64,000 nucleotides of DNA, taken from NCBI GenBank assembly GCA_902778645.1, contig CACYYO010000001.1:2951-66950 (forward strand). Reading direction: 5' to 3'. Positions within the stretch are counted from its first letter, which is position 1. Each line of letters starts with the position of its first letter. Below the pieces are notes generated by a model. It was not told where the DNA came from, did no database searches, and was given only the letters and a program-made list of their open reading frames with translations. The translations under genes and the position numbers were made by a program. Source of the stretch: an uncultured Rhodospirillales bacterium. Its GTDB lineage: Bacteria; Pseudomonadota; Alphaproteobacteria; RF32; CAG-239. This document shows positions 28,195 through 37,489 of the stretch, in pieces.

Positions 28195-28412
28195 AAATGC
28201 GCAAGGTGAGTTTCTAGTGCAGATATTTCATAAATTATTCGGTCATGTACCTTCAAGTACACTCCCTTCATAATTTATTCAATATCTTACTATAAACATC
28301 ATCTATCGCATTTTTTGTGAGTTGCGGTAATTTTTTTCTCGACGCCTACTATTAGCCTCATTCTCCGAATTTTTTTAGATTGAATTGAAAACCAGGGCAG
28401 GTTTTGCACAGT
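28195..28412. repeat. long palindromic intergenic repeat, copy A (GTAC-N6-GTAC apex)
   Basis: Collinear with 33667-33893. In a gap-free hand alignment, 69 of 89 positions are identical between 28210-28298 and 33684-33772. The internal arms agatatttcataaattat / ataatttattcaatatct are near-complementary. Confidence 0.8.
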
Positions 28413-28442
28413 AAAAAAAGCACGGTTTCCCGCGCTTTTTTT
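28413..28442 (-). terminator. Rho-independent terminator after lepA
   Basis: The minus-strand RNA folds as AGCGCGG-GAAA-CCGUGCU (one G-U pair) followed by a U-tract. Confidence 0.7.
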
Positions 28443-30246
28443 AATTATCACCAATTCTTAAGGCTTCAATGAAGGCAGATTGCGGAACTTCAACTTTACC
28501 AAATTGACGCATTCTTTGTTTGCCCTTCTTTTGTTTATCGAGAAGTTTACGTTTACGAGTAACGTCACCGCCATAGCATTTGGCAGTTACATCTTTACGC
28601 AAAGCTGAGATTGTCTCTCTGGCGACAATACGTCCGCCGATGGCGGCTTGAATCGGAATTTTAAACAAGTGCCTCGGGATTAAATCTTTTAAGCGTTCGC
28701 AGATTTGGCGTCCTCTGGCTTCTGCCTCTAAACGGTGGCAGAGAAAAGCAAGTGCATCGACAGGCTCTTCATTAATCAGAATTTGCACTTTGACTAAATC
28801 GGAGGCGGCGTAACCGGTAATCTCATAGTCAAAACTGGCATAACCGCTGGTGATAGATTTCAGACGGTCATAGAAGTCAAACACAATTTCATTGAGCGGA
28901 ATTTTATAAACGACCATGGCGCGATTGCCGACATAGGTTAATTCTTCCTGCTCGCCTCGGCGTTCATTGCATAATTTCAAAACAGCGCCGAGATAAGTGT
29001 CCGGTACCATAATGGTTGCTTTAACCCAAGGTTCTTCAATAGATTGAATAGTGGTGATTTCCGGCATATCGGCAGGATTATGCAACATTATCTGTGAACC
29101 GTTCGTCAGATTGATTTTATAGGCGACAGACGGGGCGGTCGTGATTAAATCCAAATCAAACTCGCGGTTCAATCTCTCCTGAATAATTTCCATGTGCAAG
29201 AGTCCTAGAAATCCGCAACGGAATCCTAACCCTAAAGCCGCAGAATTTTCATTTTGATAATCAATACTGGCATCGTTTAATTTCAGTTTAGCCAAGGCAT
29301 CTTTGAGGCTATCGTACTGACTGCTGTCGACAGGAAAGATAGAACAGAAGACAACCGGAACAGAGGGCTTAAAACCTTTTAGCGGTTCAGCACATGGTGC
29401 TTTGTTATCAGTTAATGTATCACCGATGTGGCAGTCACTGACGCTTTTAATGCTGGCGGTGATAAAACCGACTTCACCGGGATAAAGGGCGTCAACATCT
29501 TGCATTTTAGGTGTGAAAATGCCGACTTTATCAATTTGATAAGTCATATTGTTCGACATCATGCGGATTTGTTGTTTTTTCTTCAAAACCCCGTCATGAA
29601 TGCGCACTAAAATAATAACTCCTAAATACGAATCGTACCAACTGTCAATTAACAAGGCTTTGAGCGGGGCGTTTTGTTCTCCTTTAGGAGCCGGTAAATA
29701 TTTGACAATACCCTCTAATAAATCATCGATACCAAGACCGCTTTTGCCGGAGGTTTCAACAGCATTTGACGTATCTAAGCCGATAACATCTTCTATTTGT
29801 TGTTTGACTTTTTCCGGTTCGGCAGAAGGCAGGTCAATTTTATTTAAGACGGGTAAAATTTCGTGGTCGTTGTCAAGAGCCAGGTAAACATTAGCTAACG
29901 TTTGCGCTTCAACCCCTTGAGTGGCATCGACCACCAGAACAGAGCCTTCGCATGAAGCCAGTGAACGTGAAACCTCATAAGAAAAGTCAACGTGTCCGGG
30001 GGTGTCAATCAGGTTTAATTGGTATGTTTTGCCGTCTTTTGCCGTATAATTCAAGCGGACGGTTTGGGCTTTGATGGTTATGCCACGCTCGCGTTCAATA
30101 TCCATCGAATCGAGAACTTGTTCTTGCATTTCTCGTTGTTGTAAGCCGCCGCAGCGTTCGATAATGCGGTCAGCAAGCGTCGATTTGCCGTGGTCAATAT
30201 GGGCAATAATGGCGAAATTGCGGATTAAACTTAATTCTGTTGACAT
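28441..30246 (-). CDS. lepA: translation elongation factor 4 (LepA)
   Basis: [33 protein letters not shown], and the LepA-specific C-terminal region. Confidence 0.97.
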   Translation of the reverse strand: MSTELSLIRNFAIIAHIDHGKSTLADRIIERCGGLQQREMQEQVLDSMDIERERGITIKAQTVRLNYTAKDGKTYQLNLIDTPGHVDFSYEVSRSLASCEGSVLVVDATQGVEAQTLANVYLALDNDHEILPVLNKIDLPSAEPEKVKQQIEDVIGLDTSNAVETSGKSGLGIDDLLEGIVKYLPAPKGEQNAPLKALLIDSWYDSYLGVIILVRIHDGVLKKKQQIRMMSNNMTYQIDKVGIFTPKMQDVDALYPGEVGFITASIKSVSDCHIGDTLTDNKAPCAEPLKGFKPSVPVVFCSIFPVDSSQYDSLKDALAKLKLNDASIDYQNENSAALGLGFRCGFLGLLHMEIIQERLNREFDLDLITTAPSVAYKINLTNGSQIMLHNPADMPEITTIQSIEEPWVKATIMVPDTYLGAVLKLCNERRGEQEELTYVGNRAMVVYKIPLNEIVFDFYDRLKSITSGYASFDYEITGYAASDLVKVQILINEEPVDALAFLCHRLEAEARGRQICERLKDLIPRHLFKIPIQAAIGGRIVARETISALRKDVTAKCYGGDVTRKRKLLDKQKKGKQRMRQFGKVEVPQSAFIEALRIGDN

Positions 30247-30377
30247 TGTTTACCTGTTTTAGTTTTTTGTTTGTCTCATAGATACAAGATAATTTAGGAT
30301 TTCGCAATATTTTATTGCTTATCTGATGAAAATTGATTATAATCAGCTTATTGATTTTATTATTGGGGAGTAGACAG

Positions 30378-30815
30378 ATGAAAAAATTTATTGATATTGA
30401 CTTCGGTTCAACTCGCTATGATGAACTTGTACAACTCCGTTATAAAATTCTGCTAGAACCTTTGGGATTGAAATTCTTGGATTCTTTTCGGGATAAAGAA
30501 TCGTCTTATTTACATTTGGGGTGTGTTGAAGGTTTGGATGATAAATTGGTGGGAGGATTAGTCTTGGCACCGGTTAATGATGAGGAAGTCAGAATGATGC
30601 AGGTTGCCGTTGATACACGCTATCAAGGAGAAGGAATCGGGCGAGATTTGGTTCGTTATGCAGAAAAGAGAGCTAAAGATTCCGGCTTTTCTAAAATTGT
30701 AATGCACGCGATGTTGTCTGTTGTAAATTTCTATGAAAAAATCGGCTATACTCAAGAGGGCGATATTTTCGAGGAAAACGGGATTACATTTGTCAAGATG
30801 GTGAAAAATATTTAA
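30378..30815 (+). CDS. GNAT-family N-acetyltransferase
   Basis: The acetyl-CoA site is QVAVDTRYQGEGIGRDLVRYAEKRA. The ATG at 30378 is preceded by ggggag, and the track TTG extension was rejected. Confidence 0.8.
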   Translation: MKKFIDIDFGSTRYDELVQLRYKILLEPLGLKFLDSFRDKESSYLHLGCVEGLDDKLVGGLVLAPVNDEEVRMMQVAVDTRYQGEGIGRDLVRYAEKRAKDSGFSKIVMHAMLSVVNFYEKIGYTQEGDIFEENGITFVKMVKNI

Positions 30816-30825
30816 GGGGGGGAAG

Positions 30826-31776
30826 ATGGCGATTTTCGACAACAAACAAGAGTTACAACAGTTGTGTCATTTGTATTTATGCGGGCGAGTTAGTGATGCA
30901 CGCCGGTTAATAGAGCAAAAGGCGCAAATTACGCCGGAAGAACGGGCTGGGATTCCTCAGGGAAAAACGGGAGATTTTATTTTACGGAACAGAGCTGATT
31001 CTGACTTACATAAAATGGTGGCGGTTGAGCGTACTTTTTACTATTCGGGACAGGTCTTGAATGCAAATGTTGAAACAGATTCTGATGATGCATTATTTGC
31101 AGCAGAGCGTTTAGGTGAAATTGTTTCTTATGCTTATCCACAGGAGCAGATTTATCTAAAATGTCGACAAGCTGAGTGCTATCGATATTCCGATATAACG
31201 GATGATGAACAAGATAATCAAGTTCGCTATCGGTTATATAGAGATGTCATGGAGAATTATCCGGTGTCTGAAGGGAAACGAGATGAATTTTTAATGAAGT
31301 GGGCAAAAGAAATAAAAGATTTGAAAATTTCTTCCATTGATAAGTATGAGGCATTAAAGTCAGCACAACTCCGAAGTTCTGATTATGGGCGCTATGCTTA
31401 TAAGCAAGATTTGAAAAAGTTGTCTGAATTTTATTTTTCATTTAATTTAGATAAGGTAAAAGAAAAAGGGGTTCCTGCTGAGGATAAAATCCTTGCGGCT
31501 CAAAAAGCCAAGAAAGCCATAGATGATATAGATGTTGCTGATGATGTTGTCTGTAAGTATCAAAACGATCCCCTAAAACTCCAAGAATTACGGGATTATA
31601 AAAAGCATAAGTATATGTTGGCGGCTCTCAATGGCTTGAAAAATGCTTATAAAGAATGCGGGCGTGTGTCTGATGTTAAGGCTGTCAATTTGCAAATAGG
31701 AAAAGCACAAAATACTTTTTATAAAAAATATCCGCAGTATCGCCGTCGAGGACCAGGAGACGGATTTTCTCGTTAA
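30826..31776 (+). CDS. hypothetical protein (316 aa)
   Basis: Long ORF with an SD-like gggggg/gaag upstream. No family recognised. Its 3' end overlaps the convergent ruvX by 4 nt. Confidence 0.55.
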   Translation: MAIFDNKQELQQLCHLYLCGRVSDARRLIEQKAQITPEERAGIPQGKTGDFILRNRADSDLHKMVAVERTFYYSGQVLNANVETDSDDALFAAERLGEIVSYAYPQEQIYLKCRQAECYRYSDITDDEQDNQVRYRLYRDVMENYPVSEGKRDEFLMKWAKEIKDLKISSIDKYEALKSAQLRSSDYGRYAYKQDLKKLSEFYFSFNLDKVKEKGVPAEDKILAAQKAKKAIDDIDVADDVVCKYQNDPLKLQELRDYKKHKYMLAALNGLKNAYKECGRVSDVKAVNLQIGKAQNTFYKKYPQYRRRGPGDGFSR

Positions 31777-32249
31777 AGGTATTTGAGCCTGTCGAGAGCT
31801 CCTTGCAGAATGTAGGCGGCCGCAGAGGCGTCAAGCTTTTGTTTGCGTTTGGTGCGCGACATGTCAACTTCTTGAATTAAAAATTTTTCCATTGCAGATG
31901 AAGATAATCTTTCGTCCCAAAATGTATAAGGTAAGGGAATTTCTTTGAATAATTTTTCAGCAAAAGCTCGTACTTCCTTGGCCGTTTCCCCTTCTTCTCC
32001 GTTCATTTGCAGAGGTAAACCATAGATGATGGCTTTAACTTCTTTTTCCGTGATTATTTTTTTGATGATGGCAACATCTTTTTTCCAACTCTCGCGAAAA
32101 ATAATGCTGTGTGCTGTGGCAATATTTTGCAGTAAGTCCGAGACGGCAATGCCCAAACGTTTGGAACCATAGTCAAAACCCAGAATTGCCGTATAAGGTT
32201 TGAGTTGTTGTTTGAATTCTTGTATGTCCATTTTTTCCTCTTTACCCAA
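31773..32249 (-). CDS. ruvX: Holliday junction resolvase-like RuvX (YqgF)
   Basis: ILGFDYGSKRLGIAVSD and GLPLQMNGEEGETA. The start could be the internal Met at 32231. Confidence 0.88.
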   Translation of the reverse strand: MGKEEKMDIQEFKQQLKPYTAILGFDYGSKRLGIAVSDLLQNIATAHSIIFRESWKKDVAIIKKIITEKEVKAIIYGLPLQMNGEEGETAKEVRAFAEKLFKEIPLPYTFWDERLSSSAMEKFLIQEVDMSRTKRKQKLDASAAAYILQGALDRLKYL

Positions 32250-32351
32250 AAGAGTAATCTAAAAAAAATATCTGTCAATTCTTATTTACTAAGTGATTTT
32301 TAATAAAATTTGATTATGATGTCGGCAAAGAGTTTTTTTTGTGAGGTTAAA

Positions 32352-33668
32352 ATGAAGAAATTTACCTATTTAATTGCTTTGGTTTTAGGTTTGTTTGTAA
32401 CACCTGCCCGAGCAGAATTACAAATTGATGTTAATGGTGCAATGCGTGATCCGATGCCGATTGCTTTTCCGGAAATTATCCATGACGGGTTTTGGATCGG
32501 ACAGCAGGCCTCTAAAATCAGGGATGTGGTTATTGCTGATTTGGAGCGTTCTGGTTTGTTCTCCATTTTGCCTGAAAACAGCTATATTCAAACCCTAAAA
32601 GATATTAATGAACAGCCGGCGTTTGTTGATTGGAAGGCAATTAATGCTCAGGCTTTGGTCCAAAGTGCCATTTCTGAGCCGGATGAAAATCATTTGAAAG
32701 TTGAGTTCCGCTTGTGGGACGTGTTTGCCGAAAATCAATTAGATGGTCGCTCTTTTACAACAACTAAGGCAAATTGGCGTCGGATTGCTCATATTATTGC
32801 CGATGCTATTTATGAGCGTTTAACCGGTGAAAAAGGGTATTTTGATACACGTGTTGTCTATGTTTCCGAAACAGGCTCGGCAACGAATCGTATTAAACGT
32901 TTGGCCATTATGGATCAAGATGGTGAGAATCACAGATATTTGACTTCGTCATCATCTATGGCTTTGACACCTCGTTTCTCGCCTAATATGCAAAAAGTTG
33001 TTTATATGTCTTATGCCGGGGAGACGCCGCGGGTTTATATCTTGGATATTGAATCCGGTCGTCAGGAATTGTTGGGTAATTTCCCGGGGATGACATTTGC
33101 ACCGCGTTTCTCTCCGGATGGTCGAAAGGTTGTTTTGAGTTATGAATCCGGTGGTAAGAGTAATATCTATGAAATGGATTTGGCAACACGGACGAAAAAG
33201 CAACTGACCTTTGGCAGTGCGATTGATACGTCACCGAGCTATTCTCCAGACGGATCGCAGATTGTCTTTAACTCTGACAGAGCCGGTTCTCAGCAGTTGT
33301 ATGTTATGAACCGTGACGGGTCGGATGTTAAACGTATTACTTATGGCGGTGGACGTTATGCAACACCGGTTTGGTCGCCGCGTGGTGATTATATTGCCTT
33401 TACAAAAATGGCAGGTGGTCAATTCTATATCGGTGTGATGTTCCCTGATGGCAGCGGTGAACGTTTGCTTGCCAGCGGTTGGCTGGTTGAAGGTCCGACA
33501 TGGTCGCCGAATGGTCGTGTCTTGATGTACTTCCGTCAAGAACCAGGAACTTCTCGCAGTAATGCTCCGGTAAAACTTTACTCTATTGATCTGACCGGGT
33601 ACAATGAGAGAATGATGGTGACACCGGGGGAGGGGTCGGATCCAGCATGGTCCCCACTACTCCCTTAA
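32352..33668 (+). CDS. tolB: Tol-Pal system beta-propeller protein TolB
   Basis: Signal peptide [21 protein letters not shown], a TolB N-terminal domain, and repeated P.FSPDG/..WSP propeller blades. The start is moved to 32352. Confidence 0.93.
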   Translation: MKKFTYLIALVLGLFVTPARAELQIDVNGAMRDPMPIAFPEIIHDGFWIGQQASKIRDVVIADLERSGLFSILPENSYIQTLKDINEQPAFVDWKAINAQALVQSAISEPDENHLKVEFRLWDVFAENQLDGRSFTTTKANWRRIAHIIADAIYERLTGEKGYFDTRVVYVSETGSATNRIKRLAIMDQDGENHRYLTSSSSMALTPRFSPNMQKVVYMSYAGETPRVYILDIESGRQELLGNFPGMTFAPRFSPDGRKVVLSYESGGKSNIYEMDLATRTKKQLTFGSAIDTSPSYSPDGSQIVFNSDRAGSQQLYVMNRDGSDVKRITYGGGRYATPVWSPRGDYIAFTKMAGGQFYIGVMFPDGSGERLLASGWLVEGPTWSPNGRVLMYFRQEPGTSRSNAPVKLYSIDLTGYNERMMVTPGEGSDPAWSPLLP

Positions 33669-33893
33669 AGATGTGCAAGATGTGTTTCTAGTGCAGATAC
33701 TTGAAAAATTGCTAAGTCATGTACCTCTATGTACACTCCTGTCGCAATTTCTCAAGTATCCTGCTATAAACAACATCTATCCCATCTTTGTGAGAAGGGG
33801 TATTTTCTTGAGTTGTTTTTTTAGATTTATTTTCCGAATTTTTTATGAAAAAAATGCGCAAAATTGGAGATTAGGCAGATTTTTGCCAGTCTT
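33667..33893. repeat. long palindromic intergenic repeat, copy B (GTAC-N6-GTAC apex)
   Basis: It shares exact blocks with copy A: gtttctagtgcagata, gtcatgtacct, gtacactcc, ctataaaca, tttgtgag, tccgaatttttt. The arms agatacttgaaaaattgc / gcaatttctcaagtatc are near-complementary. Confidence 0.8.
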
Positions 33894-33897
33894 GTTT

Positions 33898-33934
33898 AAT
33901 AAAAAATCCTTGCTTTGTGAGCAAGGATTTTTTT
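33898..33934. terminator. bidirectional Rho-independent terminator (tolB / helicase-like gene)
   Basis: Stem atccttgct (33906-33914) pairs with agcaaggat (33920-33928), with flanking A- and T-tracts. Confidence 0.8.
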
Positions 33935-33935
33935 G

Positions 33936-34736
33936 TTATTCGTTGGCGATGATGCCGGCGTTTAATAAAAATCTCGGTGTTTTGCCATTGAATGAATTAT
34001 ATTTTTTCATCAAGGCAACAGCCTCTTTGTCTTCGACCTCAATGTGTTTGGCAGGGCGCGGACGTTTTTCTTTTTTCGTTTGGGATACCGGTTTGCTTTC
34101 GGTTGAGGCTTGTAACGCTTCCTGTTCTTTGTCTTTATTAACCTTGATTTCCTGCGGGGCTTTGAGAATCTTATCCAGGATATCCTGGGTTTCCTTGGAG
34201 CGACGATTGGTGTAAACAATATTTTGTTTATCAGATGGCAGCAATTCAAGAATCTTTTCGAGATTTTCAAGCTGCTTGTTCTTTTTAATCAGGTTAATGT
34301 CATCAACAACCAAGATGTTAATTTTAGATAAGTCAACACGTTCTTCCTTCACTAAGTCTACCAGCAGTTCGGGAGAACCGATGATGACGTTGGCCTCATT
34401 GTCAACATCTTCATCTTTGTCTTTGATCGTAGCCTCGTTGATTTCGTGATATTTGTTGAATATTGCCAACCGGTCCGAGACCACAACGGATTGATTGGAA
34501 TCCGGTGTGATAATAAGAATATTTTTTTTGTTGCTTTCCGGCGTTGAAATAATATCGATTAACGGAAAGACATAAGATGTTGTTTTTCCGCAACGTTGCG
34601 GGGCAATTGTGAAAACATCTTTTCCCTGTAAAATGGAAGGAATAACATCCGTTTGTACGGTGGTCGGCTCTTTAATACCGAACTCATCAATGGCTTGAAT
34701 GGTTTTAGCACTTAACCCTAATTCAGTAAAATTCAT
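33936..34736 (-). CDS. DEAD-box helicase-like protein, domain 1 only, with degenerate motifs
   Basis: A Q-motif region is present (FTELGL...PTTVQ). Motif I is APQRCGKTT, motif II is VVDD instead of DEAD, and motif III SAT is replaced. There is no domain 2 (no HRIGRTGR). The C-terminus is a basic tail. Confidence 0.6.
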   Translation of the reverse strand: MNFTELGLSAKTIQAIDEFGIKEPTTVQTDVIPSILQGKDVFTIAPQRCGKTTSYVFPLIDIISTPESNKKNILIITPDSNQSVVVSDRLAIFNKYHEINEATIKDKDEDVDNEANVIIGSPELLVDLVKEERVDLSKINILVVDDINLIKKNKQLENLEKILELLPSDKQNIVYTNRRSKETQDILDKILKAPQEIKVNKDKEQEALQASTESKPVSQTKKEKRPRPAKHIEVEDKEAVALMKKYNSFNGKTPRFLLNAGIIANE

Positions 34737-34797
34737 ATCTATTCTCTTAGTTTTGTTTATTAAATTTTTATAAATAATAGGGAATTTATTTGATTAG

Positions 34798-35517
34798 TCA
34801 AGGGTTAAAACGTACAAAGACAGCTTGAGCGGTTTTGATAAATTTTTTGTTTCGGCGGAAGTCGATATCAGGCGGATATACGTTCTCGACGAGGTGGTGA
34901 ATATCTTTGTCTTCGGGGATTAAGTCCGGTAAAAATCGGCGCGCGAACGCATATTGAGAGGCGGCAAAACTTTGCGGCGTGCGGGTGTCATAACCGATGC
35001 CTTTAAGAAGTTTTTTCAGGTCGTCGGTCGGTGCGAGCGGAGCTTCTTTTAAGTTGTACCACAAGCCGATATGGTTGCGTGCGAGCCTTTTCCAGGGGAA
35101 GGCTTTTCCGGGGTCAGGTTTGCGTGTCGGTGCAGAATCCGAGTGCCCGATGATATTTTGCGGCTTGATATGGTAGCGGTGAATAATTTCTTTGCTTAGT
35201 TTAATCAGGCTATCTATTTGTGGTTTCGGATATGTTTCCTGACCAAGGGATAAGGAACTCAATTCAATACCGATGGAATGGGAGTTGATGTCTGTTTTAA
35301 TGTGTCGCCAATAGCCAATTCCTCCGTGCCAAGCCCGTTTGTCTTCAGGGACAATCTTGGTGATTGTTCCGTCTGTATCGACGATGTAGTGGCAACTCAA
35401 TTCAAGGCGCTTTAAGGCGGCAATCATGTCGTGCGTGTGGTGAGCAGAGCAATGATACATTAAGGTATCGATTTTGGTGCGTCGATCGTTGTAAAACGGA
35501 AGAGGTCTTTCTTTCAT
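34798..35517 (-). CDS. N-acetylmuramoyl-L-alanine amidase, AmpD/AmiD family (amidase_2)
   Basis: HYIVDTDG....RAWHGG.G.W.......NSHSIGIEL and IGHSDSAPTRKPDPGKAFPW. Confidence 0.85.
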   Translation of the reverse strand: MKERPLPFYNDRRTKIDTLMYHCSAHHTHDMIAALKRLELSCHYIVDTDGTITKIVPEDKRAWHGGIGYWRHIKTDINSHSIGIELSSLSLGQETYPKPQIDSLIKLSKEIIHRYHIKPQNIIGHSDSAPTRKPDPGKAFPWKRLARNHIGLWYNLKEAPLAPTDDLKKLLKGIGYDTRTPQSFAASQYAFARRFLPDLIPEDKDIHHLVENVYPPDIDFRRNKKFIKTAQAVFVRFNP

Positions 35518-36671
35518 CAGCCGGCTTTCCTTTGCTTCATAATCCGCTCATAGGCGCTGTTAATAGCAGCCATTTTTTGCGTCGCGATTTCTATTTCTTT
35601 AGCATCACCGCCGGCAGCCTGGATACGATCGGGGTGATAAGTATTAATGAGCTCTACCCAATGGCGTTTGATTTCTTTTTCTGACGCGGTGAACGGAACG
35701 CCTAAGGTTTCATAATCTTGATTTATTTCGTGATCTTTGGGTTTGAGGATAAAACGATTTTTTATAAGCGTGTAATTGCCTTGCGGAATTTCAATGATAT
35801 CGGCAATATTGTCGAACATCATTAATTCTGTCTCGCCGAGTTCTCCGTCGGCAACGGCAATTTTGAAAAGATTTTCAATGATTGTCTCTTTCATATCGAG
35901 ATTATTTCGGGAGACCATTTTGAGTTGCTTGGCATAGTACTCATAGCCGTCGGTTGTTTTTTTGGCCTCATTAAAAGTGCGGGCAATTTGCGGATTTTTA
36001 TCGGCATTGAAGATTTTTTTGAAGATTTTAATTTCATTTTCACTGACAATACCGTCGGCTTTTGCTATTTTAGCTGATAAGCCGGCCATTGATTGGATAA
36101 AAGAAACATCTTTAGCCGTGTGTGAGCGCAGAGCTAATTTGATGACATTCATCTTAGACCAGAATTTTGTTTGGAAAACTTTGCGGAAACCGCCCTCTAA
36201 GCGGTATTCATCAATAAAAAAACCAATGATGACACCAATGAAAATAAAAATTTGATTTTTAAGACTGTAGCCGATAATGCCGCCGGCTAATTTTGCCAGA
36301 TGGCAGTTCCAGAAATCTTCCAATCCGTAACGGAGATCTTTGCCGGTGCGGTTCGTATGACTGTCAAACAGGTAGTGACCGAAGACGACAAATACAATCA
36401 GACCGCTCCAGCCGTATGTTAATCCCCCAAGAATTGCGCCCCAAATTTTGCCTAGACCATTATCATGAATTTGATTATATATGCGATAAATTTTGTATGG
36501 TAACAGAAGGCGAATATTGTCATCAAGTTCATTAAGACGCTTTTTGATGATGGCTTTAACCAGGCTGCGATCAATGATGATGTGCCCTAAAAGCATTCCC
36601 CATAGGAAGCCGGTTGCTCCGAACAGCCGCAGTCCAATAATTGCAAAAGTTAATTTTCCGATGGGTGTCAT
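35517..36671 (-). CDS. djlA: DjlA-like membrane co-chaperone (TM region + TerB-like domain + C-terminal J domain)
   Basis: The J domain is DYETLGVPFTASEKEIKRHWVELINTYHPDR. The TerB-like repeats are AKADGIVSENEIKIF / AVADGELGETELMMF. Its stop overlaps the amidase start by 1 nt. Confidence 0.75.
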   Translation of the reverse strand: MTPIGKLTFAIIGLRLFGATGFLWGMLLGHIIIDRSLVKAIIKKRLNELDDNIRLLLPYKIYRIYNQIHDNGLGKIWGAILGGLTYGWSGLIVFVVFGHYLFDSHTNRTGKDLRYGLEDFWNCHLAKLAGGIIGYSLKNQIFIFIGVIIGFFIDEYRLEGGFRKVFQTKFWSKMNVIKLALRSHTAKDVSFIQSMAGLSAKIAKADGIVSENEIKIFKKIFNADKNPQIARTFNEAKKTTDGYEYYAKQLKMVSRNNLDMKETIIENLFKIAVADGELGETELMMFDNIADIIEIPQGNYTLIKNRFILKPKDHEINQDYETLGVPFTASEKEIKRHWVELINTYHPDRIQAAGGDAKEIEIATQKMAAINSAYERIMKQRKAG

Positions 36672-36733
36672 TTGTTTAATTCTGTTTGTTACTCATTCTT
36701 TCAGTATAGAAGATATTTCAGAAAAATAAAGTC

Positions 36734-37489
36734 TTATAGTATGATGGTTGATAAATGTGTTGGATAGTCTCGAGGGGCAGAGATAAGATTTTGATGACAG
36801 TTACGACGGTAGCTGAAGTAGTCGCGGTTTGTGTAGGTATCAATATTGGAGGCGAAAATATCAGTAATGCCGCAGTTTTGCAGTCGATGAATACAAAATT
36901 CTTGCATATCAAACAGCCAATGCTGATTGTCTTGAGGTGTGAAAAAAAGCTCATAAGCCGGGTCTTGAGATAAAAATTCCTGCCGCATATCTTGTTGGCA
37001 AATGAAGGACTTTTTTTGTAAGCAAGGACCAATGGCGGCGGCAATAAATTTTTTTTGTGCTCCGAGCCGAAGCATTTGGGTTACCGTATTTTCTATAATT
37101 CCGCGCAAAGCCCCGCGCCAACCGGCATGAGCAGCCCCGATAACCTGATTTTGGGAATCATAAAACAGAATCGGCGCGCAGTCAGCAGTGCGGATGGCAA
37201 GAATGGTGTTTGCTTTATTGGTAGCCATACCATCGGCGGTTATTTGGTATTGCGATGGTTCATTGATGCAAACGGCATGGTTGCTGACACCTTGGGTTAA
37301 AATACAAAGATTTGTCAGCGGTTGGTTAAAGTGTCGGGCGGCGATGTTTAAGTTTTGACGAATGTTTTCAGGATTATCCAGACTGCGTTGACTGGCGTTA
37401 AGACTGGCATATTTTCCGCCAGAGATGCCCCCGTGACGATCAAAAAACAGGTGTTTTTCTGCGGGAAGATTAGAGGCTAAGCAGCTCAT
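36734..37489 (-). CDS. pgeF: YfiH/PgeF-family (DUF152, laccase-domain) protein
   Basis: GGISGGKYASLN and RTADCAPILFYD...GAAHAGWRGALRGIIE. It has a 4-nt overlap with deoB. Confidence 0.85.
   Translation of the reverse strand: MSCLASNLPAEKHLFFDRHGGISGGKYASLNASQRSLDNPENIRQNLNIAARHFNQPLTNLCILTQGVSNHAVCINEPSQYQITADGMATNKANTILAIRTADCAPILFYDSQNQVIGAAHAGWRGALRGIIENTVTQMLRLGAQKKFIAAAIGPCLQKKSFICQQDMRQEFLSQDPAYELFFTPQDNQHWLFDMQEFCIHRLQNCGITDIFASNIDTYTNRDYFSYRRNCHQNLISAPRDYPTHLSTIIL

Noticed and set aside
33673-34215. 180-aa plus-strand ORF listed in the track, downstream of tolB
   Set aside because: It reads through palindromic repeat copy B, then a strong bidirectional terminator, then the antisense strand of the helicase-like gene. 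Its composition is low-complexity and hydrophobic. It is most likely a repeat-generated artefact.
36718-37044. 108-aa minus-strand ORF overlapping the 3' part of pgeF in another frame
   Set aside because: The pgeF frame carries the family motifs (RTADCAP, HAGWRG). The alternative frame has no support.
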